A stretch of DNA of 63,838 bases, counting the filler. It is 7 parts of 7 records of this genome, joined end to end, with 100 filler letters (N's around TTAATTAATTAA, not from the genome) between each part and the next. Parts side by side here need not be neighbours in the genome. Positions count along the whole stretch, not along the records: positions 31,395 to 44,363 come from SRR20825006_2614; 6 more parts are not named here. One strand, given 5' to 3'. Position 1 is the first letter of the stretch. The number at the start of each line of letters is the position of its first letter. The position numbers and the translations under genes are program-made. The notes beneath the pieces were generated by a model. The model was not told the DNA's origin. It saw only the letters and a program-made list of their open reading frames with translations, and ran no database searches. Shown here piece by piece: positions 31,395 through 44,363 of the stretch.

Positions 31395-31958
31395 AATAGC
31401 CCAAAAATGTGGGAATTGCCAAAAAAATTGAATCATAAATAAGGTTCCAGGTTCAATACCAAATTTTCCTGTAGCAGCTACCCACCCTAACATAAAAGGA
31501 ATAGCCCCTGGAAATGCACCGACAAAAACAGAAAGTGGCGTTTTAGTTTTTAAAGGAGTGTATAAGCTAACGTACATAAAAATAGAAATAGCCCCAAACA
31601 TTGCAGTAATCGGATTGATAGCATAGAGCACAACAATTCCTATAATAGTAAGAATACTAGCAAGAATAAAAGCAGACTGAAAACTCATTTGTCCTGCTGG
31701 CAACGGCCTATTTTTTGTGCGATCCATCAATGCATCTAGATCTCGCTCAATAATTTGATTGTATACATTTGAAGCGCCAACCATACAATACCCCCCAACA
31801 CATAATAAGAAAAGTATATAAAAATCTACAGAGTCGGCTCCTAATAAATAACCTGCCACAGAAGAAAACACCACACTCACTGAAAGTCTCAGCTTTGTTA
31901 TCTCAGTAAAATTCCTAATTAAGGAATTAGTAATAGATTGTGATTGTGTAACAGACAA
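31395..31958 (-). CDS. cyoE: Heme o synthase (protoheme IX farnesyltransferase), 3'-truncated
   Basis: NQIIERDLDALMDRTKNRPLP, YTPLK, WQFPHF; TTG start chosen because TATCTTTG (-7 box) lies at 31980-31987. Confidence 0.93.
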
Positions 31959-32082
31959 TATCTTTAATTTTAAGCGATGCAAAGATACGCTTCCTTAATT
32001 TTTTCAGCAATATATTATCAACAATCTTATGCTTTTATTTCAGCATTTTTAGTAATTTGAACCAATATTTAAATCAAAAAAT

Positions 32083-33054
32083 ATGGCACCCAAATTATTT
32101 TTCAGCACAATTTTTACATTATTATCATTAGCAACTATTGCTCAGACAGATACAGGCGACAAAACACATGTAAAAATAATTAAAGTTCAAAACAACATTC
32201 ATATGCTTCAAGGCAAAGGTGGAAATATTGGGCTAAGTATTGGTAACGACGGTATTTTTATGATAGATGATCAGTATGCTGATGGTATTGAACAAGTTCA
32301 GAACGAAATAAAAAAAATTAGCGATAAACCAATACGGTTATTGATTAACACTCATTTTCACGGAGATCACACTGGAGGAAACTCAGCAATGGCAGACACT
32401 GGAACCATAATTTTTTCACAAGAAAATGTTCGTAATCGTTTGTCAAATATCATAAATGAAGAGAAGAAAAAGATACAAGAAAACACGCTTCCAATGGTAA
32501 CTTTTTCTGAAGATTTGACTTTTAATTTCAACGGTGAAAAAATTTATGTTTTTCATATCCATAATGCCCATACTGATGGAGATGCGATGGTTTATTTTAC
32601 AAAAAGTAATGTTTTACACACTGGAGATGTTTTTTTTAATGGAAAATACCCTTATATAGACACACAAAATGGAGGGAGTATTTTGGGTTATATTGCAGGT
32701 TTAGAAAAAGCTATGATGTTAATTAATGAAGACACAAAAATAATTCCTGGCCACGGAAATGTAGGAACTTATAAAGACCTTCAAAAAACAGTTAATATGC
32801 TCTCTACTGTCTACAAAAAAGTTTCTATGCTTTACATTACAAAAAAAACCGAAGCAGATGTACTAAACACGCCTGAATTAACCAAAGAATACGATGAACA
32901 AGGCTATGGTTCTGGCTTTATAAATAGAGAAACTTTTTTAAAAATGGTTTATGCAGAAGTTGCAAAATCACGTAAACAGATCGAAATCAATGACGAAAAC
33001 AACAAAAAGGCTCGTGAAAAGCTTAGAGATCAAATGAAAGAAAAAAAGGAGTAA
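32083..33054 (+). CDS. Secreted MBL-fold metallo-hydrolase (cyclase-like)
   Basis: THFHGDHTGGN, AHTDGD, HTGD, IPGHG. Confidence 0.88.
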   Translation: MAPKLFFSTIFTLLSLATIAQTDTGDKTHVKIIKVQNNIHMLQGKGGNIGLSIGNDGIFMIDDQYADGIEQVQNEIKKISDKPIRLLINTHFHGDHTGGNSAMADTGTIIFSQENVRNRLSNIINEEKKKIQENTLPMVTFSEDLTFNFNGEKIYVFHIHNAHTDGDAMVYFTKSNVLHTGDVFFNGKYPYIDTQNGGSILGYIAGLEKAMMLINEDTKIIPGHGNVGTYKDLQKTVNMLSTVYKKVSMLYITKKTEADVLNTPELTKEYDEQGYGSGFINRETFLKMVYAEVAKSRKQIEINDENNKKAREKLRDQMKEKKE

Positions 33055-33111
33055 CCAACCTTACTTATTTACTTCAGATGAAAAATTTGGTTTGAGCATA
33101 AAATTTACACT

Positions 33112-35202
33112 CTAAAAATCGTAATACCAGTTAAATAAATCTGTACGGATCCCAAAATTCACCCAAGTGGTTTGATTTTCAAAAACTGTTTCAGTATTTA
33201 CTTCAGGCTCAAAATTTCTATAAATAAAACTTCCATAAATTTTTAAGTTCGTTGCTGGGTTTATAACATAACCTGCTTGAAGCTCTGCATGAAAGAAATC
33301 AGTGGTATTTCCTTGAGCCAATTCATTTCCGTTTTCAGAAACACGATCGTTTTCTGTGCCATAAATACTTCCACCATAAAAATTAGCGTCTTCATCTGTA
33401 TTAAACTCAAAGCCTCGTTTTGCCGTAATAAGTTTTAGGTCGCCATAAATTCTACCATTTTGGTAACGTGCAATAGCTATAAATTCAGAAAAATTAGCCC
33501 CAAGAGTATGAGCCATAGATTGATTATTGTGTCCATAATTTAATACTACGGAATTATGAGAATAAGTATAAGGGCGCACTCTATTGTATTCTGTTTGCAA
33601 ATAGAGGTTTTTAAACCCAAAAGCATTATAATACTTTAACCCCAACTGATATCCTGTTTTGTTTTTATAGCTACCAGCTCCACCAAATACGTCACTCGTA
33701 GAAAATTCATCAATAATAAATTGACTGTAAATATTTATTCGATCATTTACTTTATACTTTCCGCTAATACCGATTAAAGCATTTCCACTTCTTGAACCGG
33801 TAGAAAACTCTATGGCACGATAAAAAATAATTGGATTAAGATAGTTTACATCAAAACCACGATCGTTATCGTTTTGCCAAATTACAGATTCAAAGAGCCC
33901 TAAATTAAATCGTTTTGTAATATTATAACTTAAATAATGGGTTGCCATATATTTTGTTCTGTACGCACGATCAACAGTTGCTTCTGGTCGCACATCCCTA
34001 AGTGACATCCACGTATTGGTATATTTTAATTTCCAAAAAGTAGTATTTATTTTAAGAAAAGGATAGGGACTGGCATTATCACTAAATAACAATGAACGGT
34101 ATCCATCACCTATAAATGTTTTGCCATGCCCAAGTTGTAGATTAAAAAATTTAGAAGGAGTATATGAAATATGACCAGTAGCTACCGGGTAATCGTATGA
34201 ATCTGACCTAAACACCTTTGCTATTCCATGACCGGGTATTAATGCTGGACTGCCTCCAGATGCGCGAATAGATTCAGCATATCTATTAAAATAATCAGCA
34301 AAGCGACCTTGGCTTTCATAAATAACTCCAAAAAAATTAATTTGTTTGCCAATACCTCCTTGGGTGTACACCAAACGGGTATTATTATACGTGTCTATAT
34401 CCGCATCTGTATCTTTTCCTGCTTGCAAATCGACTCCTGCATCAAAGGTTAACCAATATTCTTTACCTTTAACTGTAACAAGGTGTTCGTTCCAAAATTT
34501 TCGCCCAAACCATGAAGACTTTTCTTTTAAAATTTCTTTATTCGCAGCCTCAAAATCATAATATTTATTTACTTCTGAATAAATATAAGGTTTTTGTGCG
34601 GTATGATTATTTAAGCCAACCCTATTCAATGCTGGATCAAAAAGGCTATAGTTATGATGTGAAAGTGGGATATTTATATTGCTTCTATACTCCTCATTAT
34701 TATAAGGCAAATTTACAATTGCATCAAACTCATCTACCAAAGCTTCTCTTTCATTTTCTTTTGAAATAGCAGTAGCTTGTATAATACTTTCACCTGGAGC
34801 AACCAGTGGAATTGTTATAGGAAAAGTAAATTGTACATACGCTGGGGATCCATTATAAGTTGCTGGTTCTACTGCCGGAAGTGTTTCAAAAACCCGTCTT
34901 GCTTCTTCTTTTAATTCATTATAAATACCATCAATGTATAAAACTTTAAACTTACCTTCTTTCGTAACTTCAAAAAGTACATTTACATTTCCTTTATAAT
35001 TTTCTGTAAAAACTTTTTCGGGCACCTTAAAATTTTCAAAAATAAATTGGTGTAATGTATTTTTAAAACAACTTTCCATTGAATTAACAACTACATCTTT
35101 ACATTCCTCAAAAACAGGATATTTTTCATATTGCGCTGAAGGAATTTGACCAAAAGATACTACCGAAATAGTACATATTAAAAAGAAGAAAAAATGCTTC
35201 AT
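33112..35202 (-). CDS. remB: Gliding motility protein RemB-like (TonB_C-like N-domain plus outer-membrane domain)
   Basis: YPVF..C N-terminal domain; GDGYRSL, YLNPIIFYR, RPYTYSH; conserved position between tonB and cyoE. Confidence 0.72.
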   Translation of the reverse strand: MKHFFFFLICTISVVSFGQIPSAQYEKYPVFEECKDVVVNSMESCFKNTLHQFIFENFKVPEKVFTENYKGNVNVLFEVTKEGKFKVLYIDGIYNELKEEARRVFETLPAVEPATYNGSPAYVQFTFPITIPLVAPGESIIQATAISKENEREALVDEFDAIVNLPYNNEEYRSNINIPLSHHNYSLFDPALNRVGLNNHTAQKPYIYSEVNKYYDFEAANKEILKEKSSWFGRKFWNEHLVTVKGKEYWLTFDAGVDLQAGKDTDADIDTYNNTRLVYTQGGIGKQINFFGVIYESQGRFADYFNRYAESIRASGGSPALIPGHGIAKVFRSDSYDYPVATGHISYTPSKFFNLQLGHGKTFIGDGYRSLLFSDNASPYPFLKINTTFWKLKYTNTWMSLRDVRPEATVDRAYRTKYMATHYLSYNITKRFNLGLFESVIWQNDNDRGFDVNYLNPIIFYRAIEFSTGSRSGNALIGISGKYKVNDRINIYSQFIIDEFSTSDVFGGAGSYKNKTGYQLGLKYYNAFGFKNLYLQTEYNRVRPYTYSHNSVVLNYGHNNQSMAHTLGANFSEFIAIARYQNGRIYGDLKLITAKRGFEFNTDEDANFYGGSIYGTENDRVSENGNELAQGNTTDFFHAELQAGYVINPATNLKIYGSFIYRNFEPEVNTETVFENQTTWVNFGIRTDLFNWYYDF

Positions 35203-35262
35203 CTGTTAGTGTAATCAATTAAAGGCGAAAGATACAGATTTTTTACAATGGCTGGTTTTAAA

Positions 35263-35294
35263 AAAAGCTCCCATTTAATTAAAAGGGAGCTTTT
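35263..35294 (-). terminator. Intrinsic terminator after the second tonB
   Basis: AAAAGCTCCC...GGGAGCTTTT. Confidence 0.7.
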
Positions 35295-35314
35295 CTAAAT
35301 ATAAAAGAAATAAA

Positions 35315-36091
35315 TTATTGAATATTAAAAACAATAGGAATTGTATATAAAACAGCTACATTTTTATCTCCTTGTTTTCCGGGTCTCATGTTTGGAAGAT
35401 CTGCAATTACGCGCTGTGCTTCTTTCTTTAATTTTAAATCATGTGAATTTGCCATAACATCTGTTACATACCCCTTCGCATCGATTTTAAAGTTAACATA
35501 CACCCTATGAGTCTCATTTGACTGTAAGTTTTCAAGTAATTCTGTTCTAAAATTTTTATTTATAAAGGAATTAATTTTTGAAGACATACACTCAATTTTC
35601 TCAGCGTTTGTACCTAACATTTCACATCCAGGAAAAACAGGAACAAACTCAACACTATTCAAAAATTCAGGTTTCTCTGGCTTATTTGCTACTGGAGGGC
35701 TAACTGGTATCGGTTGACTTTCCACTACAGGCTCATCAGTTGGCAAAACTGGAGTTTCTTCATCTGGTGAAGTGTTTGGTTTTACAACAAAATTATTACT
35801 CTTTACAACTTTTTGTACTAGTTGCTTTGGTTTAACTTTTACCGTTTCTGTTTTAGGTTTTGGCATATCAACATCCAATACATAGGTAATCATGGGCGGT
35901 TCAATTATCCCTTCAGAAGTTGAATTAATTACGGCCATGGCTTTCTTCTCAAAATCCATTTGCATTATAAAGAATACGAATAGCAAACTAACTATTATAC
36001 CTAATTGGAAAAACAAACGTGAATTCCATTTGATGTTGATTTGTTTTTTATCGTCTCTTTTGGTTCTGGCATTTTTTGTGTTTGCTTTCAT
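35315..36091 (-). CDS. Energy transducer TonB (paralog 2)
   Basis: N-terminal TM, Pro-rich linker, VPVFPGC...PGKQ TonB_C domain. Confidence 0.88.
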   Translation of the reverse strand: MKANTKNARTKRDDKKQINIKWNSRLFFQLGIIVSLLFVFFIMQMDFEKKAMAVINSTSEGIIEPPMITYVLDVDMPKPKTETVKVKPKQLVQKVVKSNNFVVKPNTSPDEETPVLPTDEPVVESQPIPVSPPVANKPEKPEFLNSVEFVPVFPGCEMLGTNAEKIECMSSKINSFINKNFRTELLENLQSNETHRVYVNFKIDAKGYVTDVMANSHDLKLKKEAQRVIADLPNMRPGKQGDKNVAVLYTIPIVFNIQ

Positions 36092-36129
36092 AATAAATGG
36101 TTTTAAAGGATTAATACAACTTATTAATT

Positions 36130-36145
36130 ACAACTGTTATGCCAA
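36130..36145 (-). promoter_or_regulatory. Putative sigma-54 (-24/-12) promoter for tonB paralog 2
   Basis: Minus strand TTGGCATAACAGTTGT; spacing matches TGGCAC-N5-TTGC. Confidence 0.55.
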
Positions 36146-36150
36146 AACAT

Positions 36151-36187
36151 AAAAGTCCCGTCTTAGCTATGCAAAGACGGGACTTTT
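36151..36187 (-). terminator. Intrinsic terminator after the first tonB
   Basis: AAAAGTCCCGTCTT...AAGACGGGACTTTT. Confidence 0.8.
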
Positions 36188-36209
36188 ATAATAATATTTC
36201 TATGTTTAT

Positions 36210-36932
36210 CTACTGAATATCAAACACAATAGGAAGAGAATAAAGTACCCCAACTGGTTTACCTCTTTGTTTTCCTGGCGTCATATTTGGAAGTGATTGA
36301 ACAACACTCATCGCTTCTTTTTCAAGTCTTGGATGCGGTGCACGAGCACGAACATCTACAACTCTCCCACTTTTATCAATCTTAAATTGAACTGCAATAC
36401 GTTGTCTTCCTTCTAAACCTAAATCTGAAGCCAAGTTGGTATCAAACTTTTTGTTTATGAATGCACTAATTTTTGAAGACATGCATTTCTTTTTTGCGTC
36501 GTTTCCTTTTTCGTTTTCACAACCAGGATAGATTGGCACATTTTCGATAACTGCGAAAGGTACATCAGCAATTTCTTCTTCAACTACTTCTTCTCTAATC
36601 TCCTTTACTTCAACAATTTTTTCATCTTGTTTCGCTTCTGTAGATTCTATTATAGTCTCCTCTTCTTCGTCTTCGTCTTCCATAACCTCAATTACTTCAG
36701 GTGCTGGTGGCGGTGGCGGTGGTGGCGGTGGTGGCGTTAATTGTTGTGTGATTGGAATTTCTTCTTCCAATTCATCGCCTAAATCTAGTTTTCCGTAGTC
36801 GCTATCGGATTTATCATACGACTTCCATTCAATTGCTTGCCATGCAAGAAAAAGCATTACAACCATTCCGAGTTGGAAAAAAAGCATACTTCTACGACTA
36901 ACGTCTGCTTTCGGATTTTTTTTGGGTTCCAT
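36210..36932 (-). CDS. Energy transducer TonB (paralog 1)
   Basis: MEPKKNPKAD N-terminus, TM, poly-Pro tract, PGKQRGKPV. Confidence 0.92.
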   Translation of the reverse strand: MEPKKNPKADVSRRSMLFFQLGMVVMLFLAWQAIEWKSYDKSDSDYGKLDLGDELEEEIPITQQLTPPPPPPPPPPAPEVIEVMEDEDEEEETIIESTEAKQDEKIVEVKEIREEVVEEEIADVPFAVIENVPIYPGCENEKGNDAKKKCMSSKISAFINKKFDTNLASDLGLEGRQRIAVQFKIDKSGRVVDVRARAPHPRLEKEAMSVVQSLPNMTPGKQRGKPVGVLYSLPIVFDIQ

Positions 36933-36999
36933 AATAGTGTGTTTAACGTGTTGCTAAAATATAGAAATTATCATTCAATTTAAAACTTAATTGAAATTT

Positions 37000-37395
37000 T
37001 CAAGATTTTAATTTTTTTTTAATGCTATTGAAAAAAAATATTCCAAGTAATGAGCCTGTTAAGTTTGCTAAAACATCAAAAAAATCTGCGCTTCTTGAAA
37101 CGGTTAACAGTCCTTGTAATATTTCAACTATTATGCCATAAACCAGGATTGTAAGAAGAAGCATCAAAACCAATTTAAATGTAAATTGGAAATTATTTCT
37201 TACGTAAAAATATAACATCCATAAATTTATCAGAATAAAATAAACCAAACAATGAACTACCTTATCTGTATCTGAAAATTCTATTTTTGGTATTTCTGGG
37301 CTTGGAATAAAAAACAGGGTTGTTATAGCACAGCTGTAAAATACGGCAATTAGTAAGAGGGTTTTATTACCCAATAAGCGCTTTATAGGCAGCAT
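37000..37395 (-). CDS. VanZ family membrane protein
   Basis: DKVVH..Y, EILQ, R..D..DV.AN..G. Confidence 0.88.
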   Translation of the reverse strand: MLPIKRLLGNKTLLLIAVFYSCAITTLFFIPSPEIPKIEFSDTDKVVHCLVYFILINLWMLYFYVRNNFQFTFKLVLMLLLTILVYGIIVEILQGLLTVSRSADFFDVLANLTGSLLGIFFFNSIKKKLKS

Positions 37396-37744
37396 CGTCC
37401 AATAATTCAGCTATTTCATCTGGGTTTGAAATCTTCAATTTAATCATCCAGCCTTCACCGTATGCATCTGTATTTACTTTTTCAGGTTCTGACTCTAAAG
37501 AATCATTAAATTCAATAATTTCACCAGAGAGTGGTAAAAAAAGGTCTGAAACAGTTTTTACAGCTTCAACGGTTCCAAATACTTCTTCTTTATCCATTGT
37601 TTCGCCAACGGTTTCAACTTCCACGTATACAATATCACCAAGTTCGCTTTGAGCAAAATCGGTTACACCGATAGTAGCAATATCGCCTTCAACCTTAATC
37701 CATTCGTGGTCTTTTGTATACTTTAGGTTAGATGGTACATTCAT
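37367..37744 (-). CDS. gcvH: Glycine cleavage system H protein
   Basis: [16 protein letters not shown] lipoyl-Lys, YGEGW. Confidence 0.97.
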   Translation of the reverse strand: MNVPSNLKYTKDHEWIKVEGDIATIGVTDFAQSELGDIVYVEVETVGETMDKEEVFGTVEAVKTVSDLFLPLSGEIIEFNDSLESEPEKVNTDAYGEGWMIKLKISNPDEIAELLDDAAYKALIG

Positions 37745-37768
37745 AATAAATAATATATAAGAGTTTTT

Positions 37769-40700
37769 TTAGTTTCCAAAGTTATAGCGAAGTGTAAATC
37801 CACTTCTAATTGTTGTTTGCGGGAACGCTGTTGAAATAGCGTACTCAGAGAAGGTATGGTCATAATAGAACAAGGCTGTTAGGTTTTTGCTTAATGCATA
37901 ATCAATGGACAATTGAGCGCCATAGATTGTTTGACCAGCCGTTGTTTGGTTATTTTGAATATCCAAATACCTAATAATTGTTACATTATCTCTTCTAGAA
38001 AGATCTACTTTAAAGTTTAAATCACTAGTAATAACAGATTTTTTTCCTCCAAAATTTGTTGCAATTCGAAGGTCTTTGATTCTATATCCAAGACCAATAA
38101 TGTATTCGTTTCCTTTTATTTCAGTAAGCAAATTATTCGCAAAACTTAAAGATAATGCGCGGTCTTTTCGCATCTCGGCAAGGATTTTTACTGAATTTTT
38201 CATTTCAAAATCCATACGCAATAACGGTGAAAATTGCTCTGTTAGGTTTACGTTTGTAAGCAATGTTTTTGCCTTAAAGTTTCCAGATTGATCGGTAGCT
38301 TCTGGATTGTTTTCATCGTAATCTAAATTAGATTGAAACTGATTAACCGTATAGCTCGCTCTATAACCATGGGTAAGTGAAAAACGCTTAAAGTTCTTCT
38401 TAAACCATGCAATATTCATCAATCCAGTATATTTTACATCCCAGTTTGGAAGTGGAATATCTCTAAATATTCCTGTTTTTTCTTTTGAAGCATTGCTACC
38501 TTTATATGCAGCTAAGAAAGATGGCAATAAAACATCTTGGCTATTTCTTCCAAAACCAACTGGGAAACCATCATCTGTTCGGTTAAAAGCTCTGCCTTGG
38601 TAATACTCTTCAGCCAATCTATTTGCAATGGTTAATCTATTGTTTCTAAATTCATCAAAAGCTTCAGAACCAATTTCATCACTAGCACCAAATGCTGTTT
38701 TAATCAATACCGTTGAAATATTAAAGTTTCCGAAAGTATTTGGAGTTAATGAGTTATAAAGTCCATCATTAACTATAAAGTTTTCAGCATAGTTTTCAGA
38801 ATAAATTCTGCTTCCATTAATGTCTATGGTTAAATCATTTATTGGCTCCAAATTAGCTTGAATATCCATCTGTCTGCTTTCAACTTCTGTATATTGTTCG
38901 TTGAATTCTGGGTATAATGTTAACCAGCCTTTTTTCGCAGCCATTTCTCTTATTTCTGCTTGACTACCAAATATGAAACCTGTTGTTGGTTTAAGTGTTC
39001 CAATAAAACCAATAGAAGGTAAATAACCTGGCAAATAAATACCATTATTTTCTTGATAGTTGAATTGTATTTTCTTTAGCATTGTAGCCAAACCTATAAC
39101 AGAGTTTAATGCTTTATCACCAGCATTCAAGCCTCCACCAGCTCCACCTGTTCCTCCAGCAGCTCCTCTACCAAGTACACTCGGCGCACTACTCTTTCCA
39201 TTTGATAGCGAGTTCTTTTCATCACCACCAGATTTACTATCGCCATCATTGCCGTCAGCTGTTTTTCTTGACGCTCTACTGGTTTTAATTTTAGTAAGCC
39301 CTACATAACGATAAAACCCATTCATGTCTATAGATGAATTGATTTGATGTGTACTACCATTTTGAATAGAATTACCCAAATTGTAGGTGTTTGTAGTTCC
39401 ATCACTTAACTGAATAGGCAAATTAGTAAACTGATCACTTCCTGCCTGCCATTGATAGTCTCCTGTATAAGAATAGGTAGCTCTAATAAATTTCAAGAAT
39501 GGGAATTTATTAAAAGGCAAGTCATAATTTACTTGTAAAGATTGCACATGTTGGTTAGGATCTCCTAAATCAAAGAAGCCATCCCAGACACCAATTTCAT
39601 TATTTACAATACCGCCTTCATTTACATAATTATTTACAATTCTATTATTTGAAGACGTAAAATTAAAACGAAGTGATTTGGTTAAATTGTGATTAATAGT
39701 ATACTGCCAATCGAATAAATAATTTCGTTGATACAATCTTGGAAGCCCAATGTTATCATCAAGTAAATCAATTTCTCTAAACTTTTGCTCGTTGTATTGA
39801 CGTGTAATATTTGACGTTACAGAAACATTGGTAGGCAAATAATTAAAGTTGAAATCTTTTAGGAATTGCCAGTATTTACCTGTAAATAACGAATCATTTT
39901 TCTTAAATGGCTCTACAGGTTTTGCAGTGAAATTGTGGTTATATGTAGCTCCAGCACGCACATTTTGTTCTAAAGCATCTTCTACTTCAAAATCGTGATG
40001 ATCCGTTTGATTGTAGGAGAAGGAAGCCGTTAGGTTTTCAACATCGTAAAACTGAGGTTTGCTATCACCTGTACGTTCTTTACGAACTCCGATAAAGTTT
40101 ACGCTCTGACGCTTAGTATAATCTACAGCTTGTTCTTTTATTCTATCTTTTTCTTCTTGATCGTCCGTATTATCTATTCTCGAGTCCAATTCAATATCTT
40201 GGAATTCTGGATCGTATTGCGGAGTAATCAACTCCTCTGAACGGCCATAATTAAATGGTAATTGCACACCCCATTTCTTAGGCATTAACTGCCCAAGATT
40301 TAAGTTTGTAACAACATCATATTGTTGTAGGTCTTCTCTACTTCGTTGGTTTGGCCCTTGTTCAAGAGAACCGAAACCTACTGTGCTTTTTCTTCCAGTT
40401 GCGCTAATGGTAGCAAAATCTGCAATATTTGCATCCATACTTACAACCGCTGCCCAACCACCTTGGTTTTGAAGTTCAGACATTCTAAGTTCGTTAAACC
40501 AAACTTCACCGCATAAATCGTTAGTAGTACTGTTTCTAACACCCAACATTATTGTACGAACATTTCCAAAACTTGGATTACCTTTTATACCAATTCGTAG
40601 TTCATTTTCACCATTTGTAGTTCCTCCTTCTAGCTCAGATTGGTTGAAAAAGTTAACAATTGTTTGATCAAATGCTTGATCGCCAAGCACCTTTGTTTTT

Positions 40701-43700
40701 ACCTGTTGAAGCAATTCCAAAGGTAAATTCAACCTATTTGCAAGTGGCCAGATTTCCTCTGCGCTTCGTGCTCCAAAATTAGTTGGATTCAAAGGAATCT
40801 GAACTTCATAATAGTTATTGGTAAGGTCATTTCCTAAACGCATAAACGCTACCAATTGTCCATCTGAAAGTGCTGTTTCGTTTTCTAAGGATTCTGCGTG
40901 AATAAACATTTCCAGATTTTTATACTGGCGCATATCCACATTAAAGTTTTTATATACCGCACGCCCGTCATTTGGCTCTAAACCACATACTCTTAATGAA
41001 AGTGATTGTTCGTTTTCGCGGATAATATTGTTGTTATTGTTAAGCTCTTCACGCTGTAGTCCTGGAGGCAATACATATGGAATTGGCTGACGGTTTTCGT
41101 TTTCCTCAATGCTAACAGCTTGAACTTCAAAAACGGTATCGTCGTTAGATGGGTCTTCAAAAGTAACTTCATCTAATGTTTTATCAAATCTTCTATAATC
41201 CCCACGAACCAATTCTAAAGTACCAAAACGCAACACGGTGTTTTGAGAAAATTCAGAAAGGAACATACGCATAAAACGAATAGAACGGAAATCTGAAATT
41301 CCATTTAATGCTTGGTCTGGTTTACTTACTGGAATCTTAAATTGCACCCAACGCACAGGAATCACACTGTTATCTTGTGTGGTTACATCGAGCGTTTTTA
41401 CATCAGTAACATATTTGTTATTTACAGTCTCTAATTGCCCACCTACGTTTTTAAACGGAATGTTATATTCAAAATAACTGTTTATCGTGTTCATTGTATT
41501 GTCACGATTTATATCTTCCACATCAGGCTGAGCAGTACTTCCACGATTTGTATTCGTAACTTCTGATGGTGAGTTTCCTTGTGTACCGTTGTATTTTAAA
41601 TAACGATTAAGAATATTTCCTTCAGCATCCAGAAAATATTGGTAGTTATCATTTGCAGGATCAGACAAACCTCCAAAAGCACTTCTTAAAGATGTATTTG
41701 GACTGCCTGGATTTTTAGGATCTACTAATTCATCTAAATCATTTAACCCATCTAAACCAATATCTTGATTAGTACGTTCATCCCCTTCGGTATCAAAAGT
41801 ATAAACTAAAGATTGGCTTGAAGGTGTTACCGCCATTGAAGAAGAAAGCGTATTCGCTTTGCTTCCATCTCTTGGCAATCCGTTTTCATATTGTTTTCTA
41901 CCGTCTTTTAGGATATCTTCTGAAATACTACCAAGGTTAAAGTTTAACATCCCCCCAGGGTTCGACGTATTTTCATCATAAATGAAAGGATCCATTACCC
42001 AGAATTGAATGTATTCCACATTCGATTTTTCAAAATCTGTTGTGGTAATCGGTCTCATTATTCCTCCAAAACGATCTTGCGGATTTGGAAGTTCATTTGT
42101 TCCTTGAGCAGCAGGATTAAAGTTATATTCACCACGCTGAGAAGGATAATACGCCAAGTCTAATGTAAATAATGCTTGTGTTTGCCCTTGAATAATATCT
42201 TGCTGTGGAAAAATTTCATCTCTAAAAACACGACGTGTAAAAGGAGAAGAAAGGTCTTGATCATTTATACCATCAGGACGTTGACTGCTATAGAAAATTG
42301 GATCGATACTGTACCAAGCTAATTTTGCACGATTATAATTGTAGGAAAGATCTTCATTCGCTAAATCACCTCCAAAACCAAGAGGCGTACTTGCTAAAGA
42401 CCAACTTAATGGCGCACTAATATCATTCCCTGTTTGTGAAGCTTCAAAATCGTCAACATAAACTGTTGTTTTTCCATCAAAATCTGAAACTTTTGGCGCG
42501 CCAGGTTTCAAATAAGCAAATTCACCACGTAGGGAGATATTCGATTCTACATCGGTATCAATATTTGGCAAATGGTTTACCATTCTCGTAAGGAATGGTA
42601 CTTCGGTAGAATAATTTAAGTTAATACCAAAAATACTGTTGTTTATTGGCTCAACACCATACGAAGATTTTTGTGTTAACGGACGCTCGTTAAGGTTTAA
42701 GTAGGTTGCCCCCACAAGAAACTTATCACTAAATTTATGCTCCACATTCAAACCTGTGAAACGTTTGCTTTGCTGTCCAAAAAGTGAATTATTTTCAGTG
42801 CTTACAGAAATAGGTATATTACTATTTAATAGTGTTGGATCTAAAATTTGAACTCTTCCTAATTGATAATTTACGGTATAATCAACCCCTTCAACTAAGG
42901 TTCGTCCACCAGCCGTAACGGTAACAGAACCTTGCGGAATATTGAATGCCCCAATTGGAATTCCGTCTGCTCCAGTAGATTTGTAACTTCCTTTTAATTG
43001 GAATTTATTTTTCTCACTTTCCTGCTGTTCTGCTTGCGTTTTGGTACCCGTATAAAGGGTTCTAAAAACGTATTTATCCTGATTTGCGTTATAGGTATCA
43101 GGCATAGTGTAGGTAGCCGGAACTGAAGGAACGTTTAGCTTCTCAAATAAATGCTCTCCAAATGGTTCAACTGTTGTAAAAATAATTCGACCGTTTTGAG
43201 CATCTACTGTTATCCCTGAAAGAAAATCAAAGAAACCATCACCTCCTTGTACCGGATCATTATTAAAGTTTAATCTATCAAGATTAAATACCTTTAAAAG
43301 AATTTGATTTTTCACATCCTCAGGAAGCTCTGCTGCTGGGTGACCTACTGTTCCTTGCGCTTCCTTTATATAGTTAAGCGGTGAAGGGTCTGTATAAAGA
43401 ATATTAAGTTTAAAATCTTCTTTTTCTAATTGGTACGCTCCAATTGGATAGATGTTTTTCATCATTAAATCCCAATTTGGTTCTTCAACACTTGTAATGC
43501 TACTCTTAAGCATTTTTACCACAAGGTTTTGTGCAATACCGCCTTGTTCATCACCTGGATTTGTTACAGTTCCTGTATTTTGAACACCTCCATTTGCCTC
43601 AACCCCATCATTAGAAAATTCACCAACTTGGTATACCTTTCCGTTAACAGTAAATTGATAGGAAACCGCCAGTACTTCATCATTCGTTAAACGTTGGTTT

Positions 43701-44363
43701 AACGATATATACCCTAATTGTGAATTAAGCGAGTATTCGCCAGCATCTAGTCTACGTGCATTTTCTAGGGTTACATAATCTTTTCCTTCACTAACCTGAA
43801 CGCCAGTAAAACCTTGACCTACAGTTGCTACATCACGAATTGCTGAGTTAAGCAAGGTTTGAGCACCGCCATTAATTCCAAAAGGATTAAAATCGTTATT
43901 CCCGTTGTCTGGGTAAGCGCTTCTTGACGCATTTATAAATCCACCAGGAGGGAATTTCAAACCAATATTTGTAGGGTCTGATTCACCAATATCCTGTAAT
44001 GCTACAATGTTCCGTACATTTTCAGTTCTACTTGTGCGATTAGTTATCCAAACTTCCATTCGGGTAATCTGCACATTACTGTTAATGAAAGGATACTGCT
44101 TTAATACGCGATCGTAATTATCTCTAAAGTAATGCCCTAAGAAGAAGTGACGATTATCATCATAATCTAATGCAAAAAGCTCAAAATCTGTAATTGTTGC
44201 ACCTCCTTCAGCGGTAACGGTTCTGGTCTCTGATTTTTGTTCAGAGAAAACTCCTGTAATCGTAGTTTTACCAAACTGAAGTTGTGTTTTTACACCAAAA
44301 AGACTTTGTGCCCCTTGAATCAAGGTGCTATTTAGCGGCATACTTACGTTACCTACTTCAATT
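37769..44363 (-). CDS. sprA: Type IX secretion translocon SprA/Sov (5'-truncated)
   Basis: >2190-aa outer-membrane protein; WDLMMKNIY, DFRSIRFMRM, VWFNELR, C-terminal LRYNFGN; sprA-gcvH-vanZ-tonB synteny. Confidence 0.95.

Noticed and set aside
36706-36736. GGT/GGC trinucleotide repeat
   Set aside because: Encodes the ordinary poly-proline linker of TonB.
37000-37395. vanZ, the MBL hydrolase or the penicillin acylase as antibiotic-resistance genes
   Set aside because: These are broad families in ordinary chromosomal contexts, with no resistance-cluster evidence.
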